This document shows positions 18,257 through 28,398 of a stretch of DNA of 49,250 nucleotides, one piece after another. Position numbers and translations under genes: made by a program. This DNA is from a virus (lineage: Duplodnaviria; Caudoviricetes). Numbering within the stretch: the stretch's first letter is position 1; each line of letters begins with the position of its first letter. The DNA lies in IMG/VR virus record IMGVR_UViG_3300031892_000002, positions 1-49,250 of that record. One strand, given 5' to 3'. Under the pieces are notes generated by a model. That model had not been told where the DNA came from. It did not search any database and saw only the letters and a program-made list of their open reading frames with translations.

Positions 18257-18931
18257 CTACGTCAGGTTCACCATGGCCGACGGACCCTGTACCGTTCCGG
18301 CGATCGCACCGAACGTGGCAGGAAGCGCTCCCGTGATCCCGTCCACGTAGTATGCGTTCCGGTTCGCGTTCAACACCGGAGTGTCGTCCGACACAATCGG
18401 CTCCCACGTGTCCCTGGACCTCAACCCCACCGAGATCAGGCCCTGTTGCGCGAGGACGAGCCAGTACAGGACGGGCCTGATGTTCTGGGACAGACCGGTC
18501 CACTGCTTCACACCGGCGAGTCCGGTGGCGACGGTACCGAAGTCGGCGACCAACGCCTGTGGCGTGTTCGCACTATTCGACGTGTACAGGCCGGCGCGGA
18601 GGTTCCCGACACCCAGCAGGGTCACTTCTGCTGCGACGGCGGTGAGAGTGCACTTCTGCCCCGGGTAGAACGGCAGCGCGTACGCCCGGTTACCGACGGG
18701 GGTGATCGCCGACGGGGCCCCGTATGCCGGGAGTGAATGCCAAGCCCCGGAACGAACGAGCGGAATGTTCCCGACAGGGCCGATCTTCAGCCGGCGCCCC
18801 GGGTTACCGTCCGACGCGTACAGCTGATCCACGTCGGCGCGCCACCACAACGACCCCTCTTCCTCGTCCGACGTCGCCGGATCAGCAGACAGGGGAGGAA
18901 CTGTCAACGGCGTGTAGAACCGGTACGGCAT
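18257..18931 (-). CDS. virion accessory protein
   Basis: Beta-rich; C-terminal domain resembles that of 9917-10546. Confidence 0.6.
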   Translation of the reverse strand: MPYRFYTPLTVPPLSADPATSDEEEGSLWWRADVDQLYASDGNPGRRLKIGPVGNIPLVRSGAWHSLPAYGAPSAITPVGNRAYALPFYPGQKCTLTAVAAEVTLLGVGNLRAGLYTSNSANTPQALVADFGTVATGLAGVKQWTGLSQNIRPVLYWLVLAQQGLISVGLRSRDTWEPIVSDDTPVLNANRNAYYVDGITGALPATFGAIAGTVQGPSAMVNLT

Positions 18932-19593
18932 CAGCTGATCACCACGTAGAACTCGTTCAGGGCCGGCGCGGGCGTGAACCGCAGCGTGATCGTGTTGTTG
19001 TCGGTGTGCTGCACCTCCGGCTGGACCTCCACGAACACGCCGCTGTTGCGGAACACCGTGACGTGTAGGAACTTCGTGCCCAGGTTGTGCGTAACCGCGA
19101 TCGTCTGGCTGGAACCATCACCCACGAGCTGAGCGAAAGCGTTCCCGCCGACCCGCACGAACGTCAGCGGAGTCGTTCCCAGCACGATCGGGTTGTTCGT
19201 CGCCAGGAGCCACAGCGTGTCCGCCGCGGTTCCCTCCTCAACAATGACGACCATGCCGGCCGTCACTTCCGCTGATGTGTCCGCATCCTCCGACCGGATC
19301 GCCGGCGTCGCCGGCCCCTGGTAGTCGTACAGGCCGTTCTCCTGGCCCAGGGTCTGCCCCCGCGTCAGGAACCGTTCCCCGACCGACAGGGCCACGCCGT
19401 CCACGGTGGCACCCGGCGCCGCGAGGTTCACGTTCGTAGCGGAGCTGACCCGCACGGACTGCTTCCAGTCACGCTGGTTCAGCCCGGACGTGAGCTGTCC
19501 GAGGTTGATACCGTCGGAGGCGATCACACCGTCACCGAGCTCGTGGATCAGGTTGCTGTTCAGGTCGAGATCGGCGAAGTACTCGATGCTCAC
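18931..19593 (-). CDS. virion fibre/decoration-like protein
   Basis: WKQSVRV.S..NV.L..PG..VDGV.L..G.R.L...QT...ENG.Y motif; THNLG C-terminal domain. Confidence 0.7.
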   Translation of the reverse strand: MSIEYFADLDLNSNLIHELGDGVIASDGINLGQLTSGLNQRDWKQSVRVSSATNVNLAAPGATVDGVALSVGERFLTRGQTLGQENGLYDYQGPATPAIRSEDADTSAEVTAGMVVIVEEGTAADTLWLLATNNPIVLGTTPLTFVRVGGNAFAQLVGDGSSQTIAVTHNLGTKFLHVTVFRNSGVFVEVQPEVQHTDNNTITLRFTPAPALNEFYVVIS

Positions 19594-19597
19594 TGGA

Positions 19598-20062
19598 CTA
19601 CCTCCGTAGGTACGCTGCGCCGCTTTGGGCGCTGGTGAACGTCAGGACGGTCTGAGTCAGGGAAGGATGCGCGATCTGGGCTTCGACCTGCGCGGTTCCT
19701 ACGTCGATCGACACGGACGGTTTCGTCTGGAAATAGTGGTCGATCGTCCACACCAGCGCCGGAACGGTTTGCATGTGCACACAAACATCGGGGAACACCT
19801 GCGCCCCGAACCCAGGGGCGACAGGGATCCGGAAGAACCCGCCGGAAAGCTCCGCCAGATACAGGCCAGGCGCAGCATAGAAATCAATGTTCCCCATGCC
19901 GTCCGCAACGAGCGGCGACGACAGCGGGATCGTCGCCCCCGCATCCGCGAACATGATCGGAGCCACATTCGACCCGTCCATCGACACATCGATCGACGCA
20001 CCCGCCGCGGGGTTACCGCCCGGGAAGAACAGCATCAGATGGTACTGAACCAGCACTGCCAC
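19598..20062 (-). CDS. virion accessory protein
   Basis: N-terminal domain paralogous to 16985-18241. Confidence 0.6.
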   Translation of the reverse strand: MAVLVQYHLMLFFPGGNPAAGASIDVSMDGSNVAPIMFADAGATIPLSSPLVADGMGNIDFYAAPGLYLAELSGGFFRIPVAPGFGAQVFPDVCVHMQTVPALVWTIDHYFQTKPSVSIDVGTAQVEAQIAHPSLTQTVLTFTSAQSGAAYLRR

Positions 20063-20089
20063 ACCTCCCGGGCGGACCTGCAGTACGTG

Positions 20090-20779
20090 CTACGCGGCGA
20101 GTGCCTGCACACCACACGACGAAGCCGGCGGCGCGAGGTTCGTGACCTGGCCGTGGTACAGGTCGTCGTCACCGATCGCCGTGAGGAGCGGTCCCGGAGC
20201 CGGAACCACACCCGAGTTGATGACGTCGTACGGTCCGACACCCCACGGGCTGTTACAGAACGCCGAGGCGGTCAGCACCATGTTCAGCGCCCCGTTCTCG
20301 ATCGTGTAGTCGCCGTACTGGGCGTTCGTCAGGAGCGGCCACAGCGAGTACCAGTACTCCACGTTCGTGGTGGTGCACTCCTGGTTGGTGATCTCCGACC
20401 ACACCTCCAGGGCGAAGTTCACATCGGAGGACCCGCACTGCTTGCGGAAGCCGACCGTGTTCGGCGTCGGCGTCGCATCGTCGAGGACCAGCGGCGCACC
20501 GGTCATGATGTTGACCGCGTCGGGGTTGATCTGGCACAGGGTGATCGTCAGATCCTCCTGCGCAAGCTGCGCCTTCCCCTTCGCGTTGATGCACAGGTCA
20601 CCGTTGGCGTTCAGGACCCGGATCGGGTCGCCACCCTCGTACTGCGGCGACGGAGCGATCGAGATGATGCCGTCGGTGACAACGGTCGTGGAAGCGCCGA
20701 TCACCGGCACACCACACGCGTCGAGTCGGGTTAGCCGCATCACGCGACCGCGCACAACCGCGGGGCACTTCGATGCCAT
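20090..20779 (-). CDS. major tail protein
   Basis: RG..MR.TRLD.CG.P, NANG.LC, FALEVW and WG.GPY.V motifs; GGAAGG RBS. Confidence 0.85.
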   Translation of the reverse strand: MASKCPAVVRGRVMRLTRLDACGVPVIGASTTVVTDGIISIAPSPQYEGGDPIRVLNANGDLCINAKGKAQLAQEDLTITLCQINPDAVNIMTGAPLVLDDATPTPNTVGFRKQCGSSDVNFALEVWSEITNQECTTTNVEYWYSLWPLLTNAQYGDYTIENGALNMVLTASAFCNSPWGVGPYDVINSGVVPAPGPLLTAIGDDDLYHGQVTNLAPPASSCGVQALAA

Positions 20780-20780
20780 G

Positions 20781-21017
20781 TCAGGTTTCCTTCCTTGCGC
20801 GGCCGCGCCGCTTCGGCACGGCAGGGTTGACGGCAGCCGGCTCGTCTTCCGGCACCGAAGCGATGTCGCCGGCGAGTACCTCGTACGCCTCCGCGAGCCA
20901 CTCCGGGACGATGAAATGCCCGTCGCTGTCAGTCTGAACATCGAACGGATTGTCCGTCAGCGACAGCAGATCCCGCGCCATCTGACCCCGGTCCTCACCG
21001 GGAATGATCACGGTCAC
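20781..21017 (-). CDS. small hypothetical virion-module protein
   Basis: GGAGG RBS, GTGA coupling, basic C-terminus. Confidence 0.65.
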   Translation of the reverse strand: MTVIIPGEDRGQMARDLLSLTDNPFDVQTDSDGHFIVPEWLAEAYEVLAGDIASVPEDEPAAVNPAVPKRRGRARKET

Positions 21018-21862
21018 GGCGCCTCCAACGGAAGCTCGATCGCGAACGCAGTCAAACAGTCCGGAGCCACGTTGTACGACCTCGCGGCCTCCACCGTCGC
21101 CTGGTTCAGTGTCCGGTTGAACGTCTGGTACGGGTCCGGCATGCTGATCTCGGTGTCCCGCCAGATCGTCACCGGCGGTGTGATGAACGCCCACACCGAA
21201 CCAGCGGCCGGTGCCACGTTCGCCGGCCCGGTGATGTCGTACCCGGAACCGAACGACCAGATCTCACCAGTCGGAGTGACCAGGTGCGCCGGGATGTCCG
21301 GCGTGTCCGGTCGGACGATCACGTTCCCGAACGCCGCTGCGCCCATCGCCGCCGTGTTGACGTGAATCGTCCCCTGGTATCCGTAAGCGTCCTGGAACGC
21401 CTGGATCAGCGCGGACAGGCGACCACCGAACGACGTCAGCGCGGACGCCACGGTAGTGGCGCCCATCAGCGTCAACGCCGGCGAAGCACCAACACCACCG
21501 CCGTTCCAGAACGCCGCCTCAACCTGGGTCTGCTCACCCGCCAGCAGACGCTGACGGGCACGCTCGGCCTGCTGCGCGATGTCTCGTCCGACCGGCGAAC
21601 AGTTCACCGTGGCGTAAGCCCAGAACGGGGCCGTCGTCACCGTGTCCGCGTTGTCGTCGATCGTCTTGACGTTCTGTGCCGACGGAGGGCACTCAGCCGT
21701 GTACAGGTGCGCTCCGCCACACGTGATCGGCTCGAACTGCACACCGCCGAGGCCGGCGTGCCGGTCCTGCGGCAGGATCGCCCTAGCAGCGTGGAACAGC
21801 CCGTACCGCAGCGGACCCGCCGAAGGCGCATCCACATGGACAGGTCCGATTGTTGCTGCCAT
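21014..21862 (-). CDS. second capsid protein (major capsid pentamer-type)
   Basis: P..RYGLF.AA, PF..YA...C, L..GEQ..VE..FW and N......R.Y motifs; follows the hexamer-type MCP. Confidence 0.72.
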   Translation of the reverse strand: MAATIGPVHVDAPSAGPLRYGLFHAARAILPQDRHAGLGGVQFEPITCGGAHLYTAECPPSAQNVKTIDDNADTVTTAPFWAYATVNCSPVGRDIAQQAERARQRLLAGEQTQVEAAFWNGGGVGASPALTLMGATTVASALTSFGGRLSALIQAFQDAYGYQGTIHVNTAAMGAAAFGNVIVRPDTPDIPAHLVTPTGEIWSFGSGYDITGPANVAPAAGSVWAFITPPVTIWRDTEISMPDPYQTFNRTLNQATVEAARSYNVAPDCLTAFAIELPLEAP

Positions 21863-21888
21863 TCGCGCCTACCTCCCTTCTGTGTGAG

Positions 21889-21919
21889 GCCGGGCCCCCG
21901 ACGCGATAGGGGACCCGGC
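21889..21919 (-). terminator. hairpin between the hexamer and pentamer capsid genes
   Basis: GCCGGGCCCC / GGGGACCCGGC inverted repeat. Confidence 0.55.
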
Positions 21920-21934
21920 CGGCCACTGGGTCGG

Positions 21935-23614
21935 TCAGACGGTGCAGTCGAGGTCGATCTGCGCGGCGGTCGCACCCGACGGGCACGACAGGGCGCTGTA
22001 CAGGCGCAGCCCGGCGCAGGGGTAGATCGGCGCCCAGCCCTCCTCGGTGAACAGCTGCGTGAACAGGTTCTGCGTCAGGTTGGTGGAGTCGTACACGTTG
22101 TTCAGCGTGATGACGTCCTGACGGGCGAGGACGACCGAACCGGCGGGGAACGCCAGGAACTGCACGGTCGTCGGGAACGCGGTGATGTACGGCGCACCGG
22201 AGCCGACCGACGGAGCGGCGACACCGCCCCAGAAGTCCTGCCAGTCCCGGACGAACTGCGGCCGGACGGAACGCGCGGCGAACCAGTCGAGGATCATCGC
22301 GTTGGTCAGGCCCGGGTCACCGTGGTTGCGGCGGGTGAAGTCGGCGCGCAGAACGGCGAGGATCCACCGCGGGAGAACGACCTCGATGACCGCGTCGTCC
22401 GCGAGGCCCTCCCGGTAGCGGATGTCCGTCGCGGCGAGCTCGACCGCGGACAGGATCGCGGACGTCGCCGGGTCACCGGCCGGAGTGGTGATCGCAGTCG
22501 CGGCGCCGGCCTGGGTCACCAGAGCAGCGATGATCAGCCGGTTCAGCCGGTGCGCGTGGGCGACCATCGCACCACGGCCCCAGCGGGCCATCAGCTCCGG
22601 GTACGCGGACAGCTGCAGGAACGAACCGGTTAGGCACGTCACGGCGACGTTGAGGCGCGTGTCGACGAAGTTCGGGCACGGGATTTCCGCGCACGCCTTC
22701 GGGGTGTCAGCGATGACCTGCGCTTCGGTGAGGCTGGTGAACGACGTTGCGGTCATCAGCTGCGCGAACGTCGGCTCACTGGTGTAGCGGACACCACCAC
22801 GGGTGACGGTGGTCTCCGGCAGGTCGATCAGACCGTCGAGGGACTCCATCTCGCACAGCGAGTACAGGGTTTCCGACGGGGCGCACCAGCCGGCGGCGGC
22901 GGTCAGGGACAGGCGCCGGTTGTCACCGCCGGCGCGCTTGCGCAGCGATGCCTCCCACGACGCCATGAGGGAGCCGCCCTCAAGACGGCGCTGCGACCGG
23001 ACCCTGTCGAGGACCATGGTGGCCGTCTCGTAGTCGTCGGTGTCACGGATCGCGAACTCGGTGTCCTCGCGGCGGATCTGCATCAGCCCGTACACGTTCG
23101 ACCGGGAGTTCGTCGAAGTGCCGAACAGCGACTGGCGGTTCGCCATCGCAGCGCCGATGTCCCGGAACGAGTTGTACTCGGACCCCTGCGACAGGCCCTC
23201 GACCAGGCCGTGGGCGTCGTTCGGAACCATGAACTTGAACGACACCGACGGGGTGTTCCCGACCGTCACCGCAGGGGCGTTCTTCGGGATGTCCGCGACG
23301 GAGGGCACCCGGGCCGGCCGGCTCGTGGCGAGTTCGGCGGCGCGCTGCTGCGCGGCGGCGTGCTGCTCGCGGCGCTGCTTGCGGTTGGCGAGTTCGTTGC
23401 GGGCCACAGCGACACGGGAGAACGCGTTCTCGAACGCCTCGGTGTCGAACGCCTCAGCATCGGTCGGGTTCGCCGCCGTCTCGGCCTCGGTGATCAGCTC
23501 GTCGAGGTGCGCGGTCAGCTGCGCGTCGTCCAGACCGGACAGGTCGTCCGCGGGGATGACAGCGGTCGGCTCGATGGGCGTGGTGGTCTCGGTGGGCTCC
23601 GTGGTGCCGTCCAC
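21935..23614 (-). CDS. major capsid protein (hexamer-type, with N-terminal scaffold-like helix)
   Basis: LTAAAGWCAPSET.Y, DG..DLPE...RGG, YDS..L..N....LFTEEG motifs; GAGGAGG RBS. Confidence 0.9.
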   Translation of the reverse strand: MDGTTEPTETTTPIEPTAVIPADDLSGLDDAQLTAHLDELITEAETAANPTDAEAFDTEAFENAFSRVAVARNELANRKQRREQHAAAQQRAAELATSRPARVPSVADIPKNAPAVTVGNTPSVSFKFMVPNDAHGLVEGLSQGSEYNSFRDIGAAMANRQSLFGTSTNSRSNVYGLMQIRREDTEFAIRDTDDYETATMVLDRVRSQRRLEGGSLMASWEASLRKRAGGDNRRLSLTAAAGWCAPSETLYSLCEMESLDGLIDLPETTVTRGGVRYTSEPTFAQLMTATSFTSLTEAQVIADTPKACAEIPCPNFVDTRLNVAVTCLTGSFLQLSAYPELMARWGRGAMVAHAHRLNRLIIAALVTQAGAATAITTPAGDPATSAILSAVELAATDIRYREGLADDAVIEVVLPRWILAVLRADFTRRNHGDPGLTNAMILDWFAARSVRPQFVRDWQDFWGGVAAPSVGSGAPYITAFPTTVQFLAFPAGSVVLARQDVITLNNVYDSTNLTQNLFTQLFTEEGWAPIYPCAGLRLYSALSCPSGATAAQIDLDCTV

Positions 23615-23823
23615 AGCAGCCCTCCTCTCTACTCAAAGGATGGGTGTGTCTGCTGCGGTCCGGCTGGGCCCGGCGACCGCTATCGAATTGTGTGGGGATC
23701 TTCGTCCCGCATTTCGGATGGTAGCAGCCCGTGCCGAAATGGGCAGGCCCCCGGCAGCTTGGGATGCTGCGGGGGCCTTGTGGGCAGACGCGCAAGGGGG
23801 GCTCGGCGACTACTGGTTCGAGG

Positions 23824-24045
23824 CTACAGGCCGGCGCGCTGGTGTGCGGCCCATTCGTCGTACATGGCGCGTGGTACCTGGATGGCCCGGTTGATGGTTC
23901 CGCCGGCTGTGGAGACTTCGGCTTTCAGGATGCGGTAGGCGCCCATGTCGAGGACGAATGAGACCTGCTGGTCGCCGTTGGCGTCGGTCCAGGTGACTTT
24001 GTACGCCATGTGGTTGGAGGCCTTACCCCCACAGTTACAGCCCAT
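23824..24045 (-). CDS. small MGCNCG-type head-module protein
   Basis: MGCNCGG N-terminus; lies between the protease and the MCP. Confidence 0.75.
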   Translation of the reverse strand: MGCNCGGKASNHMAYKVTWTDANGDQQVSFVLDMGAYRILKAEVSTAGGTINRAIQVPRAMYDEWAAHQRAGL

Positions 24046-25934
24046 CAGTTCTCCGTCAGCATCTTGAGGCGCAGGCCGGCGAGCTTCGCGCGCGCCGACC
24101 TGAGCGCCAGCTCATTGGCAACAGCTGCCTGGGCCTCGGCCTTGAGCGCGCTGCGAACGCAGCTTTCGGCGATCTCGAACGAGGAGATTTCACGTCCGTC
24201 GGCTTCGACCACGAGCATGGGCCAGTCCAGGCCGTGAGCGGAGAATTCCGCGCGCAAGTCCTCCGCATCCACGTCGATTCCCTCGGGGGGACTGATGTGG
24301 GCGAACGCCGTACGCGCCGGAGAGGACATGGCAGTGAGCCGCTCGTGGAGCTGCGCCGCCAACTCGGTGACGTATTCGGGCCCCGGGCGCTCGAACGTGG
24401 CGCCGACCGTGTCCGGCTTCTTCCGGCCGACCAGCGCAGACGAAGCGACCAGCGAGTAGCCGCCCTTGTTGTCGACACCTACCCGGTATACGGGGAAACC
24501 CGGGTTGTTCACCGAGTGGATTCCGATCATCTCCAGGTTTCCGAGGACATCGGTGCGCCAGTCACCGGACGGCGGTGACTGCAACAGCTCGTCGATCTGA
24601 GCGAGTGTGGCGTCGGCGCGGATCGCACCGGAGATCCACACCCCGAACGTGTCGTCACCGGCGGTCACGTTCGCGATCGTCGTTGACACGTCGTCGTAGT
24701 GGTCGCGTGCGGCTTGCTGCCCGAACTCGTCTGCGGCGTGACCACCACCGATGGTGATCTTTCCGGTCGGGATGCCCGTCCCCTCCGCGGTCATCGTCAA
24801 CCCCAACAGGAACTCCCGGTACCCAGACATCGACCGGGGGATCCCCACCTGACCGGGCAGGCCGCGGTGCGGCACACCGTGCTGCCCCATGTGCCCGTAG
24901 ATGCGGCGCCACCCGTTCTCGTCGGGCTCGGTGACGGTGATCGGGGTCGGGCCGGTGAGCTGCGGGTCCTCGAAGTAGGCCAGCGGCGGCCGGCTCACCG
25001 CGGCGCATGCGGTCAGGGCGAACGGCGCTTCGATCGTGTCGTCGTCCAGCGCCCCGGCGAGATGCTTATACAGGCCGGTCACGACGCTCTTCAGCTCTTC
25101 CTGCTGCGCCTCGGGGATGTCCGCGCCACCGCGGGCCCCGTTCAGGACCCCGGCGACCGCGTACACCGCGGCCGGGATGATGTGCAGGTCGCCGTCGAGA
25201 ACGTCCGCTACGCCCAGCTTGTAGGCGCCCTTGCTCATCGGGTCGGCATCGGAGTCCTGGTACAGGAACGCGGACGCGTACTTGTCCCACGCGTCTTGGC
25301 CGGCATCCTCCTCGTTGGTGCCCGCCCACTCCGCAACCCGATCGGCCGCGGCAGTGCCGTCCCACTCGACGTCAGCCTCGGCAACGGGCATGTCAGCCCA
25401 TCCGTCGCTGCGCACCGACGCCACCAGCGACTGCGGAGCCGGCGACGCCTCACCCGGTGCGGTGATCCACAGATCGGGGAACGCCTGCACCGACACCAGG
25501 GTCACCTTCGCGAACTCAAACGCGGTGAAGACGCACACCTCACCGTACGGCTCCGGCTCCTGGATCCCTTCAGCGTCGTAGTACGGTTCCCCGCCGCCGG
25601 TCATCTGCCATTCCATGGAGCAGCCCGCGGGCTCCATCGACGGGTAGACGATCTTCTGGTCGGCGAGGTACTTCGCGCGCTCGACCGCCGGGATGATCGC
25701 CGGGTCCAGCCACACACCGGACGCCATGACCTTACCGGTCATCGGGTCGATCGTGACGGAGTCGACCCGGCCGACGGTCACGGCCTGGTCGTGTCCTTCG
25801 TCGGTGTACTCCTGCCAGTCCATCGGCAGCGGCAGAGTACGCATGGTCATGCCCGCGGACTCCACGACGCGTCCGTCCGAGGTAGGCCGGTCGAGGTACC
25901 CGACAGCACACGGGCCCCAAGGGATGTCAGCCAC
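24045..25934 (-). CDS. capsid maturation protease / multidomain head assembly protein
   Basis: T.DGR, LPLP..WQ...GH..A..VG, TLV...AF, GHA...A..HYD and SGDWR...VN.PGFP motifs. Confidence 0.8.
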   Translation of the reverse strand: MADIPWGPCAVGYLDRPTSDGRVVESAGMTMRTLPLPMDWQEYTDEGHDQAVTVGRVDSVTIDPMTGKVMASGVWLDPAIIPAVERAKYLADQKIVYPSMEPAGCSMEWQMTGGGEPYYDAEGIQEPEPYGEVCVFTAFEFAKVTLVSVQAFPDLWITAPGEASPAPQSLVASVRSDGWADMPVAEADVEWDGTAAADRVAEWAGTNEEDAGQDAWDKYASAFLYQDSDADPMSKGAYKLGVADVLDGDLHIIPAAVYAVAGVLNGARGGADIPEAQQEELKSVVTGLYKHLAGALDDDTIEAPFALTACAAVSRPPLAYFEDPQLTGPTPITVTEPDENGWRRIYGHMGQHGVPHRGLPGQVGIPRSMSGYREFLLGLTMTAEGTGIPTGKITIGGGHAADEFGQQAARDHYDDVSTTIANVTAGDDTFGVWISGAIRADATLAQIDELLQSPPSGDWRTDVLGNLEMIGIHSVNNPGFPVYRVGVDNKGGYSLVASSALVGRKKPDTVGATFERPGPEYVTELAAQLHERLTAMSSPARTAFAHISPPEGIDVDAEDLRAEFSAHGLDWPMLVVEADGREISSFEIAESCVRSALKAEAQAAVANELALRSARAKLAGLRLKMLTEN

Positions 25935-25985
25935 GGGAAACCTCCCTGTTGATGATGTCTGTGGCTAGGGTGGCACGGTTCACTG

Positions 25986-26711
25986 TCATGCCTGCCTGTA
26001 CGTCAGGACGCACCGGCACTGGATCACGTTGGAAGCCGAACCGGTCGGGTCTCCGGGGAACTGCAGCGGCTCACCACCGACGATGAACGGCTGCCGCAAC
26101 GGCACTTCCTGACCGTCCGCGTCAAGATGCGCAGGCCTGGTCCTGTCAGGCTGCGTCACAGTCGCCTGCCACGTCTTCAGCATCGGCCGGCCCGTGTCGA
26201 TCTCCTGCTGGCCCGCGCCAGCGAGGGAGCCGGCGTTGATAGCCGACTGTGCTTCGGTACGGGCAACGACTGTGGCCCGGTTCTCCCACCACGGATTCCC
26301 CGTCACTACCATCACCTGCTGGACACGGGCAGCGAGCTGCGGCATCGACTCACCCGCAGATACGCCCTGCGTGATCTGGTCGGTGATCTCCCGGTACACC
26401 TGGTCCGGGGTGTTCGACATGCGGTTCACGGACTGGGTGAGATAGTCACGAACGTACTGGCCCTGGTCAAATGACGGGCCGGGCGGCCTCCGGGTGATGC
26501 TGCGCCACCCTGTACGCAGCGCCCCCATGATCCCGGGGGTGACGTCCTCGGCGACGCGTTCAACCCACACACCTTGCGCGGACAGGACGAACACCGGGTC
26601 AGGTGTCTGCCGTGCCTGCCGCCACGGCGCCATCAACTGCGGTGTGACCTGATCCACCCAGGAGCGGGCAGCGGCGAGCCAACCGCGGCCGATCTCGTCT
26701 TCACTGGCCAC
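25986..26711 (-). CDS. MuF-like minor head protein
   Basis: RA..VARTE, K.W...RTR..H...DGQ and L.FPGDP......IQCRC motifs. Confidence 0.88.
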   Translation of the reverse strand: MASEDEIGRGWLAAARSWVDQVTPQLMAPWRQARQTPDPVFVLSAQGVWVERVAEDVTPGIMGALRTGWRSITRRPPGPSFDQGQYVRDYLTQSVNRMSNTPDQVYREITDQITQGVSAGESMPQLAARVQQVMVVTGNPWWENRATVVARTEAQSAINAGSLAGAGQQEIDTGRPMLKTWQATVTQPDRTRPAHLDADGQEVPLRQPFIVGGEPLQFPGDPTGSASNVIQCRCVLTYRQA

Positions 26712-28398
26712 GGGATGCCATCCACTGTGTCAGGATCTCGTCTTCGTGGGGGATCCCTGCGTCGATGAGCCGGCGCGTGTATGTGTCGAGGTCCCACAGT
26801 GCGGCGAGCTGGGGGACGTGTCGCCATGCCCCGTCCAGCAGGTCACCGTGTCGGCCGTTGGGTCGTAGCTTCACGTGGAGCTCATGCCGCGGTACAGCGG
26901 CGAACTCGTCCTTCAACCGTTGGGTCTGCAGGAGCCGGTTCCCGGCGCGTTCGAGGGCGTACCGGACGGCGATGGACGCCGCTTCGACCGGCATGGTGGG
27001 CTGCGCTGCGGCGGTGATCTGTGGGGCCGAAGCTTCGATCGCCGGGTCGAATCCGAGGAGACGCCTGATCGTCGGGTCGGAGAACAGGGCAGGCGCCGCG
27101 AGAACAAGTTTCTGCGCGAGAGCGCGGAGATGCTGGTCCTGGTTCGGTGCGAAGTCGTCCGGGACGTGAAGCATCGTCAGAGCGGCTTCGGGGGTGATGA
27201 GGCCGCGGTCGAGGAGTTCCATCACCTTGTCGAGGGGATCCGGTTCGCCAACTAGGTCGGAGCCGTCGAACTCAAGTTCGTACAGTTCGACGTCGGGGAC
27301 GCCGGCTACCTTCGCCACGGGATGGAGATAGGCGACGGTGAGGCCGTTGGCGATGGTGTCGAGGTCGGGGACGAGATGCCGCTCGTAGGCGTCCTCCGAG
27401 ACTTGCTCGGCTGACCAGTGGTTGGACTCGCCCATGCCTTCGATCACTTCGCGAGGGATGTTGAGGCCTACGGCGAGACGCGCGAGTGACTCGGTGCGGA
27501 GGGCGATGACTTCCTTCGACAGTGGCGTTTCGAAGGTGATGTGCTTGAAGCCGTCTGCGAACTCGTAGGGGACTTCGGCGATGAGGGGGACCTGTGATGC
27601 GGCGGATCCTGGGTCGCGGAGGCTGGCGGACATGTTGCGGCGCAGTACGGAGGCGAGGCCGGCGTCTTCTTCGGGTTCGCTGTCGTCGGCGTCGGGGAAG
27701 TCCGCCTCGGCGGGGGTGACGAGGAGGCCGGCGCCGGCCAGGCGGGAGTCGAGGCGTGCGGCGATGTTCTGCGACGACTTCTCGATCTCGCGGAGGGTGG
27801 GGAGGAGCGCCCGCACGGGGGAGTCCGCGGCGAGTTGTAGTCGGGGGTGGGGGTGCCAGATCCGGATGAGGGTGTCTTTGGGGCCTACGGTGGTCTTCTC
27901 GCCGGTTTCGGGGTGGGTGAACTCGACTGTGTTGCCCTGTTGGAACATTTCGGTTCCGGAGATGACGAGCCATGTGTCGCCGTCGCCGCGGTTCTTCTCG
28001 GCGATGACGACGACGTACACTTCGCCGGCCATCTCCAAGTTGATGATCATTGTGCGGATGTGGCCCGGCCGCTTCGCCGGCCCACCGAGAACGGCTCCGG
28101 CGATGTCACGGATCGTCTGGTTCTCTGTGGGCCCCGTTGTGCGGCCCGTGTCTGGGTCGACCTCGGCAGCGAACATGATCGCCCGGGAGCACGCGTTGGC
28201 TTTCCACCCGGTGGCGAACCTGAGCTCACCGCACATGTCGTAGTGCCGCCACGCTTCGACCTGCCACCTGCGGTCACCGGCCGGGATCTGTCCACGCCAC
28301 GCCTGCGCACCGTCGAACGTGTACCGGGCCGCTGATGCCAGCAACGACCTGCGCGCCCGCGGGAGATCCTTCGTTGCCTTACGGTTGAACGCCATCAC
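26701..28398 (-). CDS. portal protein
   Basis: WQ.EAW..YD..GELR, RIW.PHPR....DSP, SRLAGAG.L and NHWSA motifs; downstream of the terminase. Confidence 0.88.
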   Translation of the reverse strand: MMAFNRKATKDLPRARRSLLASAARYTFDGAQAWRGQIPAGDRRWQVEAWRHYDMCGELRFATGWKANACSRAIMFAAEVDPDTGRTTGPTENQTIRDIAGAVLGGPAKRPGHIRTMIINLEMAGEVYVVVIAEKNRGDGDTWLVISGTEMFQQGNTVEFTHPETGEKTTVGPKDTLIRIWHPHPRLQLAADSPVRALLPTLREIEKSSQNIAARLDSRLAGAGLLVTPAEADFPDADDSEPEEDAGLASVLRRNMSASLRDPGSAASQVPLIAEVPYEFADGFKHITFETPLSKEVIALRTESLARLAVGLNIPREVIEGMGESNHWSAEQVSEDAYERHLVPDLDTIANGLTVAYLHPVAKVAGVPDVELYELEFDGSDLVGEPDPLDKVMELLDRGLITPEAALTMLHVPDDFAPNQDQHLRALAQKLVLAAPALFSDPTIRRLLGFDPAIEASAPQITAAAQPTMPVEAASIAVRYALERAGNRLLQTQRLKDEFAAVPRHELHVKLRPNGRHGDLLDGAWRHVPQLAALWDLDTYTRRLIDAGIPHEDEILTQWMASRGQ

